64,000 nt of DNA. Origin: Candidatus Kryptoniota bacterium (GTDB taxonomy: Bacteria > Bacteroidota > Ignavibacteria > Kryptoniales > JAKASW01). Under the pieces are notes generated by a model. That model had not been told where the DNA came from. It saw only the letters and a program-made list of their open reading frames with translations, and made no database searches. The DNA is taken from positions 75,826-139,825 of the forward strand of contig JAHECO010000003.1 in the NCBI GenBank assembly GCA_024641705.1, written 5' to 3'. The position numbers and the translations under genes were made by a program. Positions 1 to 10,984 of the stretch are shown piece after piece. Every line of letters starts with the position of its first letter. Position 1 is the stretch's first letter.

Positions 1-375
1 AGTCTTCAAGGCTTGAGAGTAGCTATTCTTAGCAACTGAACCTCATCGAACCTGGTTTGTCCTGATACCGCTGCATCCCCGAATGTGGCAAGCTCGACCG
101 CGATCGTATCGCTCGGTGTCAGGGATAACGTGTCTGACAGCACTGCGCAACCCCACTGACCAGCGGCTCCCTGTGATAAAGCCGATACGTATTTGTGCAG
201 TTCGCCTTGTGACCAGACTCCCAGAATTAACGAACCGCATCTTGTCATTAGCTCCATTCTTGGTTCCTAGCTGACATAATGTTTCGGAGAATCTCCGAAC
301 CTATTGGTGGTGTCCCCCGTATGTGATCCCCTTCCTCGTCCCGATCATCCCAAAAGTTTCTGGGCGAGCACCTTT

Positions 376-984
376 CTAGTGCGAATACCTTCCCATCAGC
401 TCCCCTTCCCCTATGACGTGTCCCTGCATGGCTTTGAGGAGATCCGATTTCGAGCAACCGGCCTTGAGCCGAAGAACCGAGTCGAGTGCATAGAGCTTGA
501 AGAAGTATCGATGTGTCCCGCCTGGCGGGCACGGACCGCCGTAGCCGTAGTTCCTGAAATCGTTCTTGCCCTGGAGACTCCCGTCAGGAAGCGAATCTTT
601 CGGCGGCACATTTTCCGGAAGACCGGTAATGCCGGAAGGCATATTGAATATCACCCAGTGTACCCACGTGCCCATCGGCGCGTCGGGGTCGTCGACTATC
701 ATGGCGAGACTCTTTGCCTGTGCCGGCACGTTCTCCCAATTCAACGGCGGGGAAACATCCGGACCGTCGCAGGTATACTTCTTCGGTATCATCCCGCCCT
801 CTTTGAAAGCGGAACTTGTCAATGTCATCTTGGCAGCGGATCCCGTGTTCATATCGGTCCCCCTTTCTTTCATCGCGATTTGATTCTCCCTGCTGGCACC
901 CCCGCAACCCATGACGATCATGGCGGAGACAAGGAGTGTTGCGATTCTCGCTGTTGCCGATCCCTTACGAACCATCATCCTCAT
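376..984 (-). CDS. YbhB/YbcL (PEBP) family lipoprotein
   Basis: ORF 376..1293 trimmed to the ATG at 984 (MRMMVRKGS). It has a lipobox-like LLVSAMIVMGC. The body shows the PEBP pattern DDPDAP..HWV..N...GYGGPCPPGGTHRYFFKLYALD. Confidence 0.8.
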   Translation of the reverse strand: MRMMVRKGSATARIATLLVSAMIVMGCGGASRENQIAMKERGTDMNTGSAAKMTLTSSAFKEGGMIPKKYTCDGPDVSPPLNWENVPAQAKSLAMIVDDPDAPMGTWVHWVIFNMPSGITGLPENVPPKDSLPDGSLQGKNDFRNYGYGGPCPPGGTHRYFFKLYALDSVLRLKAGCSKSDLLKAMQGHVIGEGELMGRYSH

Positions 985-1046
985 CACAACCGCTATTTTA
1001 ATCGTTGCCCGGGCGGTTTGCAACACTCGCCGGAGGGGGCGCGGTG

Positions 1047-2264
1047 TCAGGTCTGCCGGTAGTCCTGCAGGAAGGCCTCGAGGGCATCGAAGGCTCGCTC
1101 GAGAAGACCTGCCTCCGGGAGAAACACAATCCTGAAATGGTCTGGCTCGAACCAGTTGAAGCCGGTGCCCTGTACGACGAGTACCCTTTCTTTTTTCAGG
1201 AGGTCGAGTGTGAATTTCTCGTCGTCCTTTATACCGAACATCTTCGTGTCGATCTTCGGAAAGAAGTAGAAAGCGGCTTCCGGTTTCGTGCAAGATAGGC
1301 CGGGGATCCTCTTAAGTCTTTCGTATCCGAGGTCCCGTTGCTTCTTCAGTCTCCCGTCAGCCGAAGTATGGCTGCGAATGATATCGTCATTTTGAAGCGC
1401 GACGGCCACGGCATGTTGTGCGGGCACGTTGCTGCAGAGCCTCATCGAAGCGAGCATGTTGACGCCTTCCAGGTAGCCTTGCGCTCCGGAGAGCTTGCCG
1501 CTGAATACCATCCACCCGACGCGGAAGCCCGTTATCAGGTGAGATTTGGAAAGGCCGTTCAACGTCACGCACGGTACATCTTCTGCCAGGGAAGCTATCG
1601 AGATGTGTTTTGTACCGTCGTAAAGTATCCTGTCGTAGATCTCGTCGCTGAAGATTATGAGTTCGTTTCGCTCGGCGATGCGGACGATTCCATCGAGGAT
1701 CTCGCGGGAGTAGGAGGCCCCGGTGGGATTGTTCGGGTTGATAACGACGATGCCTTTGCTCCGCGCTGAGATCTTCTTCGTGATGTCGGTAAGATCGGGC
1801 TGCCAGTCTGATTCCTCATCGCAGATGTAGTGGACCGGCGTTCCTCCGGCGAGCACAACTGCAGCAGTCCAGAGCGGGTAATCGGGAGCCGGGATGAGTA
1901 TTTCATCACCGTCGTTTAGCAGGCCCTGTGTCGCCATGACGATGAGCTCGCTCACCCCGTTTCCGATGAACACATTCTCTATGTCGACGTTTGGGATACA
2001 TGTGGCTGTGGAGTAAGTGGCGACAGCCTCGCGCGCGGCGAGGAGTCCTTTTGAGTCGATGTATCCTTCCGACTTCGTGAGGTTTGCCGATACCTGCCTT
2101 ATGATCTCGTCCGGTGCCTGGAAACCAAAAGGTGCGGGATTTCCTATGTTGAGCTTAAGGATTTCCTGTCCATCCGCTTCCATCCGTTTCGCTTCGTCGA
2201 GAACGGGCCCCCTTATATCGTAGCAAACGTTATCGAGTTTAGATGACTTATTGAAAATCTTCAT
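1047..2264 (-). CDS. class I/II PLP aminotransferase, AlaA-like
   Basis: 405-aa ORF. The N-terminus KLDNVCYDIRGPVLDEAKRME..LKLNIGNPAPFGF and LSKSHLITGFRVGW (PLP-lysine region) are typical of alanine/glutamate-pyruvate aminotransferases. Confidence 0.85.
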   Translation of the reverse strand: MKIFNKSSKLDNVCYDIRGPVLDEAKRMEADGQEILKLNIGNPAPFGFQAPDEIIRQVSANLTKSEGYIDSKGLLAAREAVATYSTATCIPNVDIENVFIGNGVSELIVMATQGLLNDGDEILIPAPDYPLWTAAVVLAGGTPVHYICDEESDWQPDLTDITKKISARSKGIVVINPNNPTGASYSREILDGIVRIAERNELIIFSDEIYDRILYDGTKHISIASLAEDVPCVTLNGLSKSHLITGFRVGWMVFSGKLSGAQGYLEGVNMLASMRLCSNVPAQHAVAVALQNDDIIRSHTSADGRLKKQRDLGYERLKRIPGLSCTKPEAAFYFFPKIDTKMFGIKDDEKFTLDLLKKERVLVVQGTGFNWFEPDHFRIVFLPEAGLLERAFDALEAFLQDYRQT

Positions 2265-2444
2265 TTTTTTATCGTAAGTTCCGACGAAAAGGAATCACAT
2301 ACAACCGGTCGCGGTGCTTTTTGTCTGAGCTGCAATCATGATCGTCGTTTCGAAGTAACGCCGCCGATCTGGATGTGAGAGCCAGACCGCGATAGTGGGT
2401 CCCCGTCTCCTTTAACTCATCCTGCGCTTGTGTTAAATTCTTGT

Positions 2445-3836
2445 ATGTACCTGAAGCTGAAGGATGGCGATACCATAGCCGCAATTTCAACCCCGCCCGG
2501 GGAGGGAGGTATAAGCGTAATAAGGGTCTCAGGACGGGATGCCTTCGCCGTGGCGGACAAGGCCTTTGTGGGGAAGAACAGGCTTTCTGAAACGCCGTCC
2601 CACACCGCGCATTTCGGCAAGGTAGTGGACAGCGGCGGGAGGTTCGTAGATGAGGTTGTTGCCGTGACTTTCGGCGCTCCCAACAGCTACACGTGCGAAG
2701 ATGTCGTCGAGATTAGCTGTCATGGCGGCTACCTGGTTACTCAGAAGGTCCTCCAGCTCATGGTTTCCTCAGGTGCGCGGCCGGCTGATCCGGGCGAGTT
2801 TACGAAGAGGGCATTTCTAAACGGGCGACTCGATCTTTCCCAGGCGGAGGCTGTAGGTGACTTGATCCACTCGCAGAGCGAGGCGGCATACCGGAGCTCG
2901 ATAAGACAGTTGTCTGGCGATCTGTCCAGAGAAATCAAGGCTGTCAGGGATGAGCTGCTCAATCTGGCCTCTCTCCTTGAGCTAGAGCTCGATTTCTCCG
3001 AAGAGGACGTGGAATTTGCGAACCGGAAGGCGCTTGACGAAAGACTCGTTGGCGCAATAGCTATTGTCGACCGACTCCTTGCAAGCTACGAGGTCGGAAA
3101 GGTGTACAGGGAAGGTGTCAGGGTCACGATTGCCGGAAAGCCAAACGCCGGCAAATCCAGCCTGCTGAATGCACTTCTTGGCGAAGATAGGGCGATTGTA
3201 AGTTCCACTCCGGGCACCACTCGCGACACGATTTCGGAGAGTGTCTCAATTGACGGAGTACTCTTCAGGCTGACCGACACCGCGGGCTTGCGAGAAACGA
3301 CCGACAGCATTGAGGAGGAGGGGGTAAGGCGGGCGGAGCGGGAGGCCGAGGAATCGGACGTCGTTCTCCTGATCGTTGATTATCAGGAGAAATATTATAA
3401 CGGCACCGACCCGCTCTATGAAAGATTGGCGCGTGTTTGCGAAGGTGCGGGGATCAGGTTGGTCAGAGTTTGGAACAAGATTGATCTCTATCCGGCGGAG
3501 GCGCCACGCAACCCCGAAGATGGTCACGTCTTCTACGTGTCCGCCCTAAACGGAGATGGAATTGATTTCCTCAAAAAGGGGTTATGCAAGGTGGTGCTGA
3601 AGGAGACGATTGCGGAGTCATCCGTCGTGGTCACAAATTCCCGTCACAGGGATGCGTTGTCGAGGTCGCATAGGAGCCTCGGCCTCGCCTTGGAGACGCT
3701 CAGAAGCGGCAAATCGGGAGAGTTTGTCGCTTTGGATTTGAGGGCCGGGTTGAATGCGTTGGGTGAAATCACAGGCGAGATCACCACCGAGGATGTCCTG
3801 AACAACATCTTCTCAAAGTTCTGTATCGGCAAGTGA
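2445..3836 (+). CDS. mnmE: tRNA modification GTPase MnmE
   Basis: DTIAAISTPPGEGGISVIRVSG N-domain, G-domain GKPNAGKSSLLNAL and DTAG, and a C-terminal FCIGK. The ATG at 2445 is preferred over the GTG at 2430. Confidence 0.9.
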   Translation: MYLKLKDGDTIAAISTPPGEGGISVIRVSGRDAFAVADKAFVGKNRLSETPSHTAHFGKVVDSGGRFVDEVVAVTFGAPNSYTCEDVVEISCHGGYLVTQKVLQLMVSSGARPADPGEFTKRAFLNGRLDLSQAEAVGDLIHSQSEAAYRSSIRQLSGDLSREIKAVRDELLNLASLLELELDFSEEDVEFANRKALDERLVGAIAIVDRLLASYEVGKVYREGVRVTIAGKPNAGKSSLLNALLGEDRAIVSSTPGTTRDTISESVSIDGVLFRLTDTAGLRETTDSIEEEGVRRAEREAEESDVVLLIVDYQEKYYNGTDPLYERLARVCEGAGIRLVRVWNKIDLYPAEAPRNPEDGHVFYVSALNGDGIDFLKKGLCKVVLKETIAESSVVVTNSRHRDALSRSHRSLGLALETLRSGKSGEFVALDLRAGLNALGEITGEITTEDVLNNIFSKFCIGK

Positions 3837-3940
3837 TGGTTTCACGTGGAACGGTTGACAAATTGGCAGGGTCCAGCCCGCAAAACAGCGTCCCTTCGAA
3901 AGCCTTTGCCAAACAGAGTAGGATCCCCTAAGGAGTGAGT

Positions 3941-5809
3941 TTGAAGAAGTATGACGTCATAGTGATTGGCGCAGGCCATGCCGGGATCGAAGCATCTCTT
4001 GCTTCGGCAAGGATGGGGTGCTCCGTGCTCCTCATGACGATGGATATTGAGGCCGTCGGCAGGATGTCCTGCAATCCGGCAATAGGGGGGACCGCAAAGG
4101 GTAATCTTGTAAGGGAGGTAGATGCCCTTGGAGGCGATATGGCGAGGATTGCCGATGCGACGGGGATTCAATTCAGGATGCTTAACAGATCGAAGGGTCC
4201 TGCGGTCTGGTCCCCGCGCTCCCAGAACGATAGGGAGGCTTATTCGGTCGAGGCCAGGCGCCATATTGAGGCCCAGCAGCGTCTTCATGTCATGCAGGAT
4301 ATGGTTACCGAAGTCTTTATTGAGAACGGAGAAATTGTGGGAGTCGAGACGGGTACCGGCGTCCGGCTCGCATGCACGGCGCTTGTCGTTTCGGCGGGCA
4401 CATTTCTGAACGGTGTCATGCATACCGGCCTCAAGAGCAGAATCGGCGGCAGGTTCAATGAGCCCCCCGCGGTTGGACTTACGGCGTCGCTCGAGAAACT
4501 CGGGTTTGTGAGCGGTAGGCTCAAAACAGGGACTCCCCCCAGGGTCGACAGACGAAGCATAGATTTCAGCGAGGTTGAGGAACAGCCAGGAGATCCCAAT
4601 CCGGAACCCTTCTCCTACCAGACAGAGGAAGTGACCCGGGACCAGGTCAGCTGCTACCTTACATACACCAACCACCAGACGCATGAGGTTCTGAGAACAG
4701 GCTTCGACAAATCACCGATGTTCACCGGCCTAATTAAGGGGATAGGGCCGAGATATTGCCCCTCCATTGAGGACAAGATTATAAGGTTTGCCGACAAGGA
4801 AAGGCATCAGATCTTCTTGGAACCGGAGGGACGCGACACAAACGTGGTATACGTCAACGGGTTTTCAACTAGCCTTCCAGCTGAGGTACAGTTCGGCGCA
4901 ATGAAGACCGTGCCAGGGCTTGAAAAGGTCGAGATGCTCCGACCGGGATATGCTGTCGAATACGATTTCTTCCCGCCCCATCAGGTGAAGCTCACCCTCG
5001 AGACACATCTTGTGAGGAGGCTTTTCTTTGCTGGACAGATCAACGGTACCTCCGGTTACGAAGAGGCAGCCGCGCAGGGGATCGTTGCGGGCATCAATGC
5101 GGCGCTCACGGTAAAGGGGGAAGAGCCTTTTGTGGTCAGGAGATCGGAGGCATATATCGGTGTTCTCATCGACGACCTGGTGAACAAAGGGACGAGTGAG
5201 CCTTACAGGATGTTCACCTCCCGGGCGGAGTACAGGCTGATGCTCCGGCAAGATAATGCTGACAGGCGCCTGATGAAATATGGACACAAGCTCGGCCTCA
5301 TACCCGACGACGTCTTTCGATCGTTGCGGAAGAAGGAAGAGTACATACAGGTTCTCGCAGATTATGTGGCGAAGAAGAGTGTACCGCCGTCGGCGGTGAA
5401 CTCGTACCTGGAGTCGGTCGGCTCGTCTCCGCTGACGGAGAACGAGAGGCTCTCGCAGCTTGTGAAGAGACAGGATGTTCGGTTGTCGGAGTTGCTTGAG
5501 CTGGAGTTTTTCCGGACCGATTCCGTCCCGGTGGAAGCTGCTAGTCATAGAGCTGTAGTGGAACAGGTGGAGATCGAGACGAAGTACGAGGGTTACATCG
5601 TAAGGCAGCTCGATGAGATAGACAGGTTTGAGAAGTTCGAGTCGATGAGTATCCCCGAAGACTTCGACTTCGGACGAGTAAAATCGCTTTCGACTGAAGC
5701 GAGAGAAAAGCTAGTCAAAGTGAAACCGCAGTCGATCGGTCAGGCGAGCCGTATATCGGGTGTCTCACCGGCCGACATATCGGTCCTCATGGTGTATCTG
5801 CATGGATGA
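3941..5809 (+). CDS. mnmG: tRNA uridine 5-carboxymethylaminomethyl modification enzyme MnmG (GidA)
   Basis: YDVIVIGAGHAGIEA FAD motif and full-length GidA-like sequence. The TTG at 3941 sits about 6 nt after AAGGAG. The GTG at 3935 in the track overlaps that RBS. Confidence 0.9.
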   Translation: MKKYDVIVIGAGHAGIEASLASARMGCSVLLMTMDIEAVGRMSCNPAIGGTAKGNLVREVDALGGDMARIADATGIQFRMLNRSKGPAVWSPRSQNDREAYSVEARRHIEAQQRLHVMQDMVTEVFIENGEIVGVETGTGVRLACTALVVSAGTFLNGVMHTGLKSRIGGRFNEPPAVGLTASLEKLGFVSGRLKTGTPPRVDRRSIDFSEVEEQPGDPNPEPFSYQTEEVTRDQVSCYLTYTNHQTHEVLRTGFDKSPMFTGLIKGIGPRYCPSIEDKIIRFADKERHQIFLEPEGRDTNVVYVNGFSTSLPAEVQFGAMKTVPGLEKVEMLRPGYAVEYDFFPPHQVKLTLETHLVRRLFFAGQINGTSGYEEAAAQGIVAGINAALTVKGEEPFVVRRSEAYIGVLIDDLVNKGTSEPYRMFTSRAEYRLMLRQDNADRRLMKYGHKLGLIPDDVFRSLRKKEEYIQVLADYVAKKSVPPSAVNSYLESVGSSPLTENERLSQLVKRQDVRLSELLELEFFRTDSVPVEAASHRAVVEQVEIETKYEGYIVRQLDEIDRFEKFESMSIPEDFDFGRVKSLSTEAREKLVKVKPQSIGQASRISGVSPADISVLMVYLHG

Positions 5810-5962
5810 GAGAGCGTTTCACACGATGCGTTCGACGACAGGAGTTTCACGTGAAACATGCTGGAGAAAAGACGGAACCGATCCTGCAAACCGCTGATTC
5901 TGTGCGTTATCGGGGGATTATTACACTACTTCATGGAAATGTTGGAAGCGAGGTCTGTACTA

Positions 5963-6895
5963 ATGGCTGAAAGAAAGAGCCTGTTCGATGAGCTCGGCAC
6001 GCTTACTACCGAAGAGCGGAACAAAGCTTCGATGAACATCGATGCAGCGAGCATCGCAGAAATACTTCGCATCATTAATGCCGAGGACAAGAAGGTCGCG
6101 TTCGCCGTTGAGGGAGAACTAGCCTTTATCGAGGAAGCGACCGAAATGGTCGCGGCGGCGTTCCGCCGTGGCGGGAGACTCTTCTACGTCGGCGCCGGAA
6201 CGAGCGGACGGATTGGAGTGCAGGATGCTGTCGAGTGTCCGCCGACATTCGGAACCCTACCGGACCTTGTGCAGGGAATGATCGCCGGCGGAAGACCCGC
6301 CATGTTCAAGGCACAGGAGGGTGCTGAGGACAAGGAGGAAAACGGCGAGAATGATATCGTGGCACACGGTATAACTGAAAGAGATGTTGTTTGCGGGATC
6401 GCCGCGAGCAGGAGAACGCCGTATGTGGTCGGTGCGATCAGGAAGGCGAAGCAGCTCGGTGCGAAAACCGTTTTCGTTACGACGAACCCGCGCTCCCAAT
6501 TCGACCTTGAGGTCGATGTAGCGATCTGCCCGGAAGTCGGACCGGAAGTTATCATGGGTTCGACGCGGATGAAATCGGGAACCGCTCAGAAAATGGTTCT
6601 TAACATGATTACCACGGCCGCCATGATCAGACTCGGGAAGGTTTATGAGAACATGATGGTCGATCTCCAGATGACAAACAGGAAACTCGAGGAAAGATCC
6701 AAACGCATAGTTATGACAATAACCGGGGTGGATTATGGTAAGGCGGAAGAGGTTCTGAAGAAGGCCGAGGGACATGTGAAGACGGCCGTCGTCATGATCA
6801 GAGCTAAGGTCGAGGCGGCAGAAGCAAAGAGACGGCTCCGGAAGGCGGACGGTTTTGTAAGGCGGGCGATAGAGGCAGACTTTGGAAAAGGGTAA
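5963..6895 (+). CDS. murQ: N-acetylmuramic acid 6-phosphate etherase
   Basis: SIS-domain protein with LTTEERN, GRLFYVGAGTSGR and GSTRMKSGTAQK motifs. Trimmed to the internal ATG (MAERKSLF). Confidence 0.85.
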   Translation: MAERKSLFDELGTLTTEERNKASMNIDAASIAEILRIINAEDKKVAFAVEGELAFIEEATEMVAAAFRRGGRLFYVGAGTSGRIGVQDAVECPPTFGTLPDLVQGMIAGGRPAMFKAQEGAEDKEENGENDIVAHGITERDVVCGIAASRRTPYVVGAIRKAKQLGAKTVFVTTNPRSQFDLEVDVAICPEVGPEVIMGSTRMKSGTAQKMVLNMITTAAMIRLGKVYENMMVDLQMTNRKLEERSKRIVMTITGVDYGKAEEVLKKAEGHVKTAVVMIRAKVEAAEAKRRLRKADGFVRRAIEADFGKG

Positions 6896-9800
6896 ATCGG
6901 CCCTACTAACCGAAAAGCTTGCGACGCTGGCGACAGTGCGCAAGACGGTAGGCGCACTCACCACGGCCGGACCGATGACGCTTCATTCCATCAGCGTCCC
7001 TTTTTTCGCTTTCGTACTGGCCGAAGAATTGAAGACCCTGAACTCGGGGCTCCTCTTGGTTGTGGACGACCCGGACGTCAGCGAGAGGCTCCAGTCTGAC
7101 TTCGCGGTCTTTTCGGGGGCGGCGCCCGTGGAACTAATGGGCGAGGATAAGACTGTCACGGATTCCAGCGCGTTCGGGCCGAACCTTGCCGGACTCTTCG
7201 ACTTCTATTCCGGAAAGAAGAACCTCTATATCTCCGACTACGCAACGGTTTTCCGTAAAATGCCCGCCCGCCAAACCCTTGAATCAGCTGCCGTTATAAT
7301 AACGGCCGGTTCAGACCTTGACCATGACGAACTTGTCACGAGACTCACGAAGTACAGCTATCAGAGGAAGGACTATGTCGAGGAGGTCGGCGATTTTGCC
7401 GTGAGAGGGAGTATCGTCGACGTCTTCCCGGAGTCCGGTGACAACCCGATCAGGATCGACTTCTTCGGCGACAGCGTCGATTCCATCCGGGTTTTCGACT
7501 CAGTCACACAACGATCCATCCAAACGATTGCATCGTTCACTCTTCTCCCGTTTGCCAGTTCCGCCAGGGAAACATCCCCCTTCGCAGAGCAGATTCCTGA
7601 GGGGACCAGGATCATCTTTCACGAACCCGCGGCGATCTCCTCCAGGTTGTCCAAAGAGCTCGCAAGCCTTGTAGAGAGTATTGCCGGAAAGGCGCCAATC
7701 GTGTATTGGAAGATCCTTGAGCGCAAAGAAGGGGAGCCAAGCGTCGATGTACTCCCCCAGCCCACATTCGGAGGTAAACTTCAGCTCGCCGCCGGCAAGA
7801 TCGCGGAGCTCTTCTCCGACGGTTACGAGATAACTGTCGCCTCCAGTACGAGGCACCTGGAAGACAACTTCCTCAATCTTCTCAACGAATACGATGAGCT
7901 CAACGGCACGATGCTGAGGCAGGAGGTCCGGCTCGTCCAGGCCTCGCTCTCCGGCGGTTTCATACTGCCTGGGGACCGCTTTGCGCTTCTTACCGAACAT
8001 GAGATCTTCGGCAGACGGTCACCGCTCATCTCGAGAAGAGAGAAGGCAAAGAAGTTTGTCGGACTCCTTCGGCGCGACCTGACCTCGCTGCGGAAGGGAG
8101 ACTACGTCGTACATGAGGAATACGGCATCGGCCGGTTCCTCGGAATGGAGAAACTCAAGATCATAGACAGCACCCAGGAGTGCGTGAAGATAGAATACGC
8201 CGAAGGCGACATGCTGTACGTGAATGTAGACTACGTCGGCAAGCTTCAGCGCTACGCCTCCGAGGACGGTTTCAATCCGAAACTTTCCAAGCTCGGCGGT
8301 GCCGAATGGCAGCTGATGAAGACCCGCGCAAAAGGGAAACTCAAGGACATTGCCAAAGACCTCATAAAGCTCTATGCGGACCGGAAGAAATCCAAAGGTT
8401 TCTCCTTCCACAAAGACAGCATATGGCAGCACGAGCTCGAAGCGTCGTTCGTTTACGAAGACACGGCCGATCAGGTACGCGCCACGGCGGAGATAAAGTC
8501 GGACATGGAAGGCGATATTCCGATGGACAGGCTTCTGTGCGGCGACGTTGGGTTCGGGAAAACCGAGGTCGCGGTTCGCGCGGCCTTCAAGGCCGTCATG
8601 AGCGGTAAACAGGTCGCGGTCCTCGTTCCGACCACTATACTTGCCGAGCAGCATTTCAATACATTTCGCGACAGGCTTTCGGAGTACGCCGCAAAGATCG
8701 AGGTCCTTTCAAGGTTCAGGAACAGATCCGAACAGAAACAGATCCTGGAGAGACTGAAAAAGGGGGAGGTCGACATTATAATCGGCACCCACAGGCTCCT
8801 CTCCGGGGACGCAGAGTTCCATGACCTCGGCCTCCTAATAGTCGACGAAGAGCACCGTTTCGGCGTCGAGGCTAAGGAAAAGATCAGGCAATTGCGGGCC
8901 AGCGTCGACACTCTGTACATGACTGCGACCCCGATACCGAGAACGCTGTATATGTCCCTCTCCTCGGCCATGGATATTTCTATATTGCAGACGCCGCCGG
9001 CCAACAGGCTCCCCATCGACACGTACATAATAAATTTCGACGGAAAGCTCATCCAGTCGGTGATCGAACGGGAGCTGGCGCGCGGCGGACAGGTATATGT
9101 TGTCAGCGATACGGTGAAGGACCTCGGCAAGCTCGCGGAGTTCGTGCACCGGAGGGTACCGGCGGCGAAAGCGGGGATAATTCACGGAAAGATGAAGGCG
9201 GGGGAGATCGAAAGGACGATGGTGCATTTCCTTGAGAAGAAACTGAACGTCCTCCTCGCCACGAAGATAATCGAGTCCGGAATAGATATCCCGTCGGTGA
9301 ACACTCTCATCGTAAACAACGCCGACAGGTTCGGCCTGGCTGAACTGTACCAGATCCGGGGGCGAATAGGGCGCTCGAATGTCCAGGCATATGCCTACCT
9401 CATCGCAAAGCAGTTCTCGAACATGACCAGGGACGCTGTCCGGAGGCTGACTGCAATAGAGGAATTCACCGAACTAGGTTCCGGATTCAACCTGGCGATG
9501 CGGGACCTGGAGATCCGTGGAGCAGGGAACCTTCTCGGAAGAGAGCAGAGCGGGTTCATCAACAACATGGGATTCGAGATGTACAACAAGGTTCTCGAAG
9601 AAGCGGTGGCAGAGGCGAAGTTCGAGGAGAACCTGACCGAACAGCTGGACACTCTCACCCGCCGGAAGGTGGAGCCGCAGGTTACCGCGGATGTCGATGC
9701 TTTCATCCCGGACGATTACGTATCGATGGATGCCGAGAGGTTCGATTTCTACAAGCGGCTCTCCAGAGCTGCATCGACCGCCGAGGTGGACGACATGCGG

Positions 9801-10136
9801 GCGGAAATGCTCGACAGGTTCGGAAAGCTGCCGGGCCCGGCCGAAGCCCTTCTCAAGCTGATAAAACTCAAGATCAAGCTTGAGCCCCTCAGAATCCCGA
9901 AACTTGAAACGCGCGGGTCGCAGGCGAAGATATATCTGCCGCCGGACGACAAAGATTTTTATAGGGAGATCTTTCCTCTCATCATGAACGCCCTCGATAG
10001 GGTAAGCGACATCAAGCATCGCGTGACGCAGGAGAACTCGAGCGCAAGGGTCGAAGTTACGTTTCTCTCTGAAGCCCCGGCCGGAGAAGAGGGGAAGATC
10101 GAAAGGTTGGAAAGGTTGATCGACATCATGGTCTAG
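6882..10136 (+). CDS. mfd: transcription-repair coupling factor Mfd
   Basis: 1084-aa ORF with a CarD-like region (GDYVVHEEYGIGRF), DEAD/DEAH helicase motifs (GDVGFGKTEVA, DEEHRFG) and a TRCF C-terminal domain. TTG start; the start is uncertain. Confidence 0.9.
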   Translation: MEKGKSALLTEKLATLATVRKTVGALTTAGPMTLHSISVPFFAFVLAEELKTLNSGLLLVVDDPDVSERLQSDFAVFSGAAPVELMGEDKTVTDSSAFGPNLAGLFDFYSGKKNLYISDYATVFRKMPARQTLESAAVIITAGSDLDHDELVTRLTKYSYQRKDYVEEVGDFAVRGSIVDVFPESGDNPIRIDFFGDSVDSIRVFDSVTQRSIQTIASFTLLPFASSARETSPFAEQIPEGTRIIFHEPAAISSRLSKELASLVESIAGKAPIVYWKILERKEGEPSVDVLPQPTFGGKLQLAAGKIAELFSDGYEITVASSTRHLEDNFLNLLNEYDELNGTMLRQEVRLVQASLSGGFILPGDRFALLTEHEIFGRRSPLISRREKAKKFVGLLRRDLTSLRKGDYVVHEEYGIGRFLGMEKLKIIDSTQECVKIEYAEGDMLYVNVDYVGKLQRYASEDGFNPKLSKLGGAEWQLMKTRAKGKLKDIAKDLIKLYADRKKSKGFSFHKDSIWQHELEASFVYEDTADQVRATAEIKSDMEGDIPMDRLLCGDVGFGKTEVAVRAAFKAVMSGKQVAVLVPTTILAEQHFNTFRDRLSEYAAKIEVLSRFRNRSEQKQILERLKKGEVDIIIGTHRLLSGDAEFHDLGLLIVDEEHRFGVEAKEKIRQLRASVDTLYMTATPIPRTLYMSLSSAMDISILQTPPANRLPIDTYIINFDGKLIQSVIERELARGGQVYVVSDTVKDLGKLAEFVHRRVPAAKAGIIHGKMKAGEIERTMVHFLEKKLNVLLATKIIESGIDIPSVNTLIVNNADRFGLAELYQIRGRIGRSNVQAYAYLIAKQFSNMTRDAVRRLTAIEEFTELGSGFNLAMRDLEIRGAGNLLGREQSGFINNMGFEMYNKVLEEAVAEAKFEENLTEQLDTLTRRKVEPQVTADVDAFIPDDYVSMDAERFDFYKRLSRAASTAEVDDMRAEMLDRFGKLPGPAEALLKLIKLKIKLEPLRIPKLETRGSQAKIYLPPDDKDFYREIFPLIMNALDRVSDIKHRVTQENSSARVEVTFLSEAPAGEEGKIERLERLIDIMV

Positions 10137-10301
10137 ACGACTGTCGATTCAGTCGCCTTGCGCTGCCGCCAGGGACTGTTCAAGAAAATTCCGAATGGGG
10201 GAGGATAGCAGAGGCGAAGGGGGACTCAAAGTTGGCTTGTTATTGTTTAGTTGAGATTGAACGGATTCATAATTAACTGATTTGAAAGGGAGAAAAGGAC
10301 G

Positions 10302-10850
10302 ATGACTGGATCTGACAATAGCGTTACCGCCACTCTCGGCGGCGGGTGCTTCTGGTGCATCGAAGCGGTATTCGACGATCTTAATGGAGTGGAAAATGTA
10401 GAATCGGGTTACTCCGGTGGAACGATTGCCAACCCGAGCTATGAGCAGGTCTGTACCGGAAGAACGGGTCACGCGGAAGTCGTTCAGGTCACATTCGATC
10501 CGAAAGTTATTTCATATGAGGACATCCTGCGGATCTTCTTCACCGTACACGATCCGACGATGTTGAACAGACAGGGAAACGACATCGGCACGCAGTACCG
10601 CTCGGTCATTTTCTATCGTGACGAGAGTCAAAGATCGGTTGCGGAGAAGATCATGAAAGAGATTTCGGACGAGAAGATTTGGGATGACCCGCTGGTCACG
10701 CAACTGGTGCCGTTCACGGCATTCTACAAGGCGGAAGACCACCACCAGGGGTATTTCGCGAATAATCCGAATCAGGGTTACTGTCGCGTCGTGATAGCGC
10801 CGAAAGTCGCGAAGTTCAGGAGCCACTACAGGGATAGACTCAAGAAGTGA
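10302..10850 (+). CDS. msrA: peptide-methionine (S)-S-oxide reductase MsrA
   Basis: GGGCFWC active-site motif followed by GYSGG..NPSYEQVCTGRTGHAEVVQV. Confidence 0.9.
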   Translation: MTGSDNSVTATLGGGCFWCIEAVFDDLNGVENVESGYSGGTIANPSYEQVCTGRTGHAEVVQVTFDPKVISYEDILRIFFTVHDPTMLNRQGNDIGTQYRSVIFYRDESQRSVAEKIMKEISDEKIWDDPLVTQLVPFTAFYKAEDHHQGYFANNPNQGYCRVVIAPKVAKFRSHYRDRLKK

Positions 10851-10953
10851 TTAAGTAAGTCAAAAATCAAAGCTCAAAAAGAATTATGCTAACCCATCCT
10901 GACACGATCTTGGAGCGGAACCTCAGTTTTCCTTTTTGACTTCTGAATTCCTG

Positions 10954-10972
10954 ACCTGTCGTCAGGACAGGT
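10954..10972. terminator. hairpin between convergent msrA and GNAT/nitrilase genes
   Basis: acctgtc-gtcag-gacaggt, a perfect 7-bp stem, sits between two convergent stop codons. Confidence 0.35.
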
Positions 10973-10984
10973 TTGCCCCTTGAC

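Noticed and set aside
6-257. 83-aa minus-strand ORF at the left edge
   Set aside because: There are no recognisable motifs, no clear RBS, and overlapping alternative ORFs. It could be a real small protein or a remnant, but I cannot support it.
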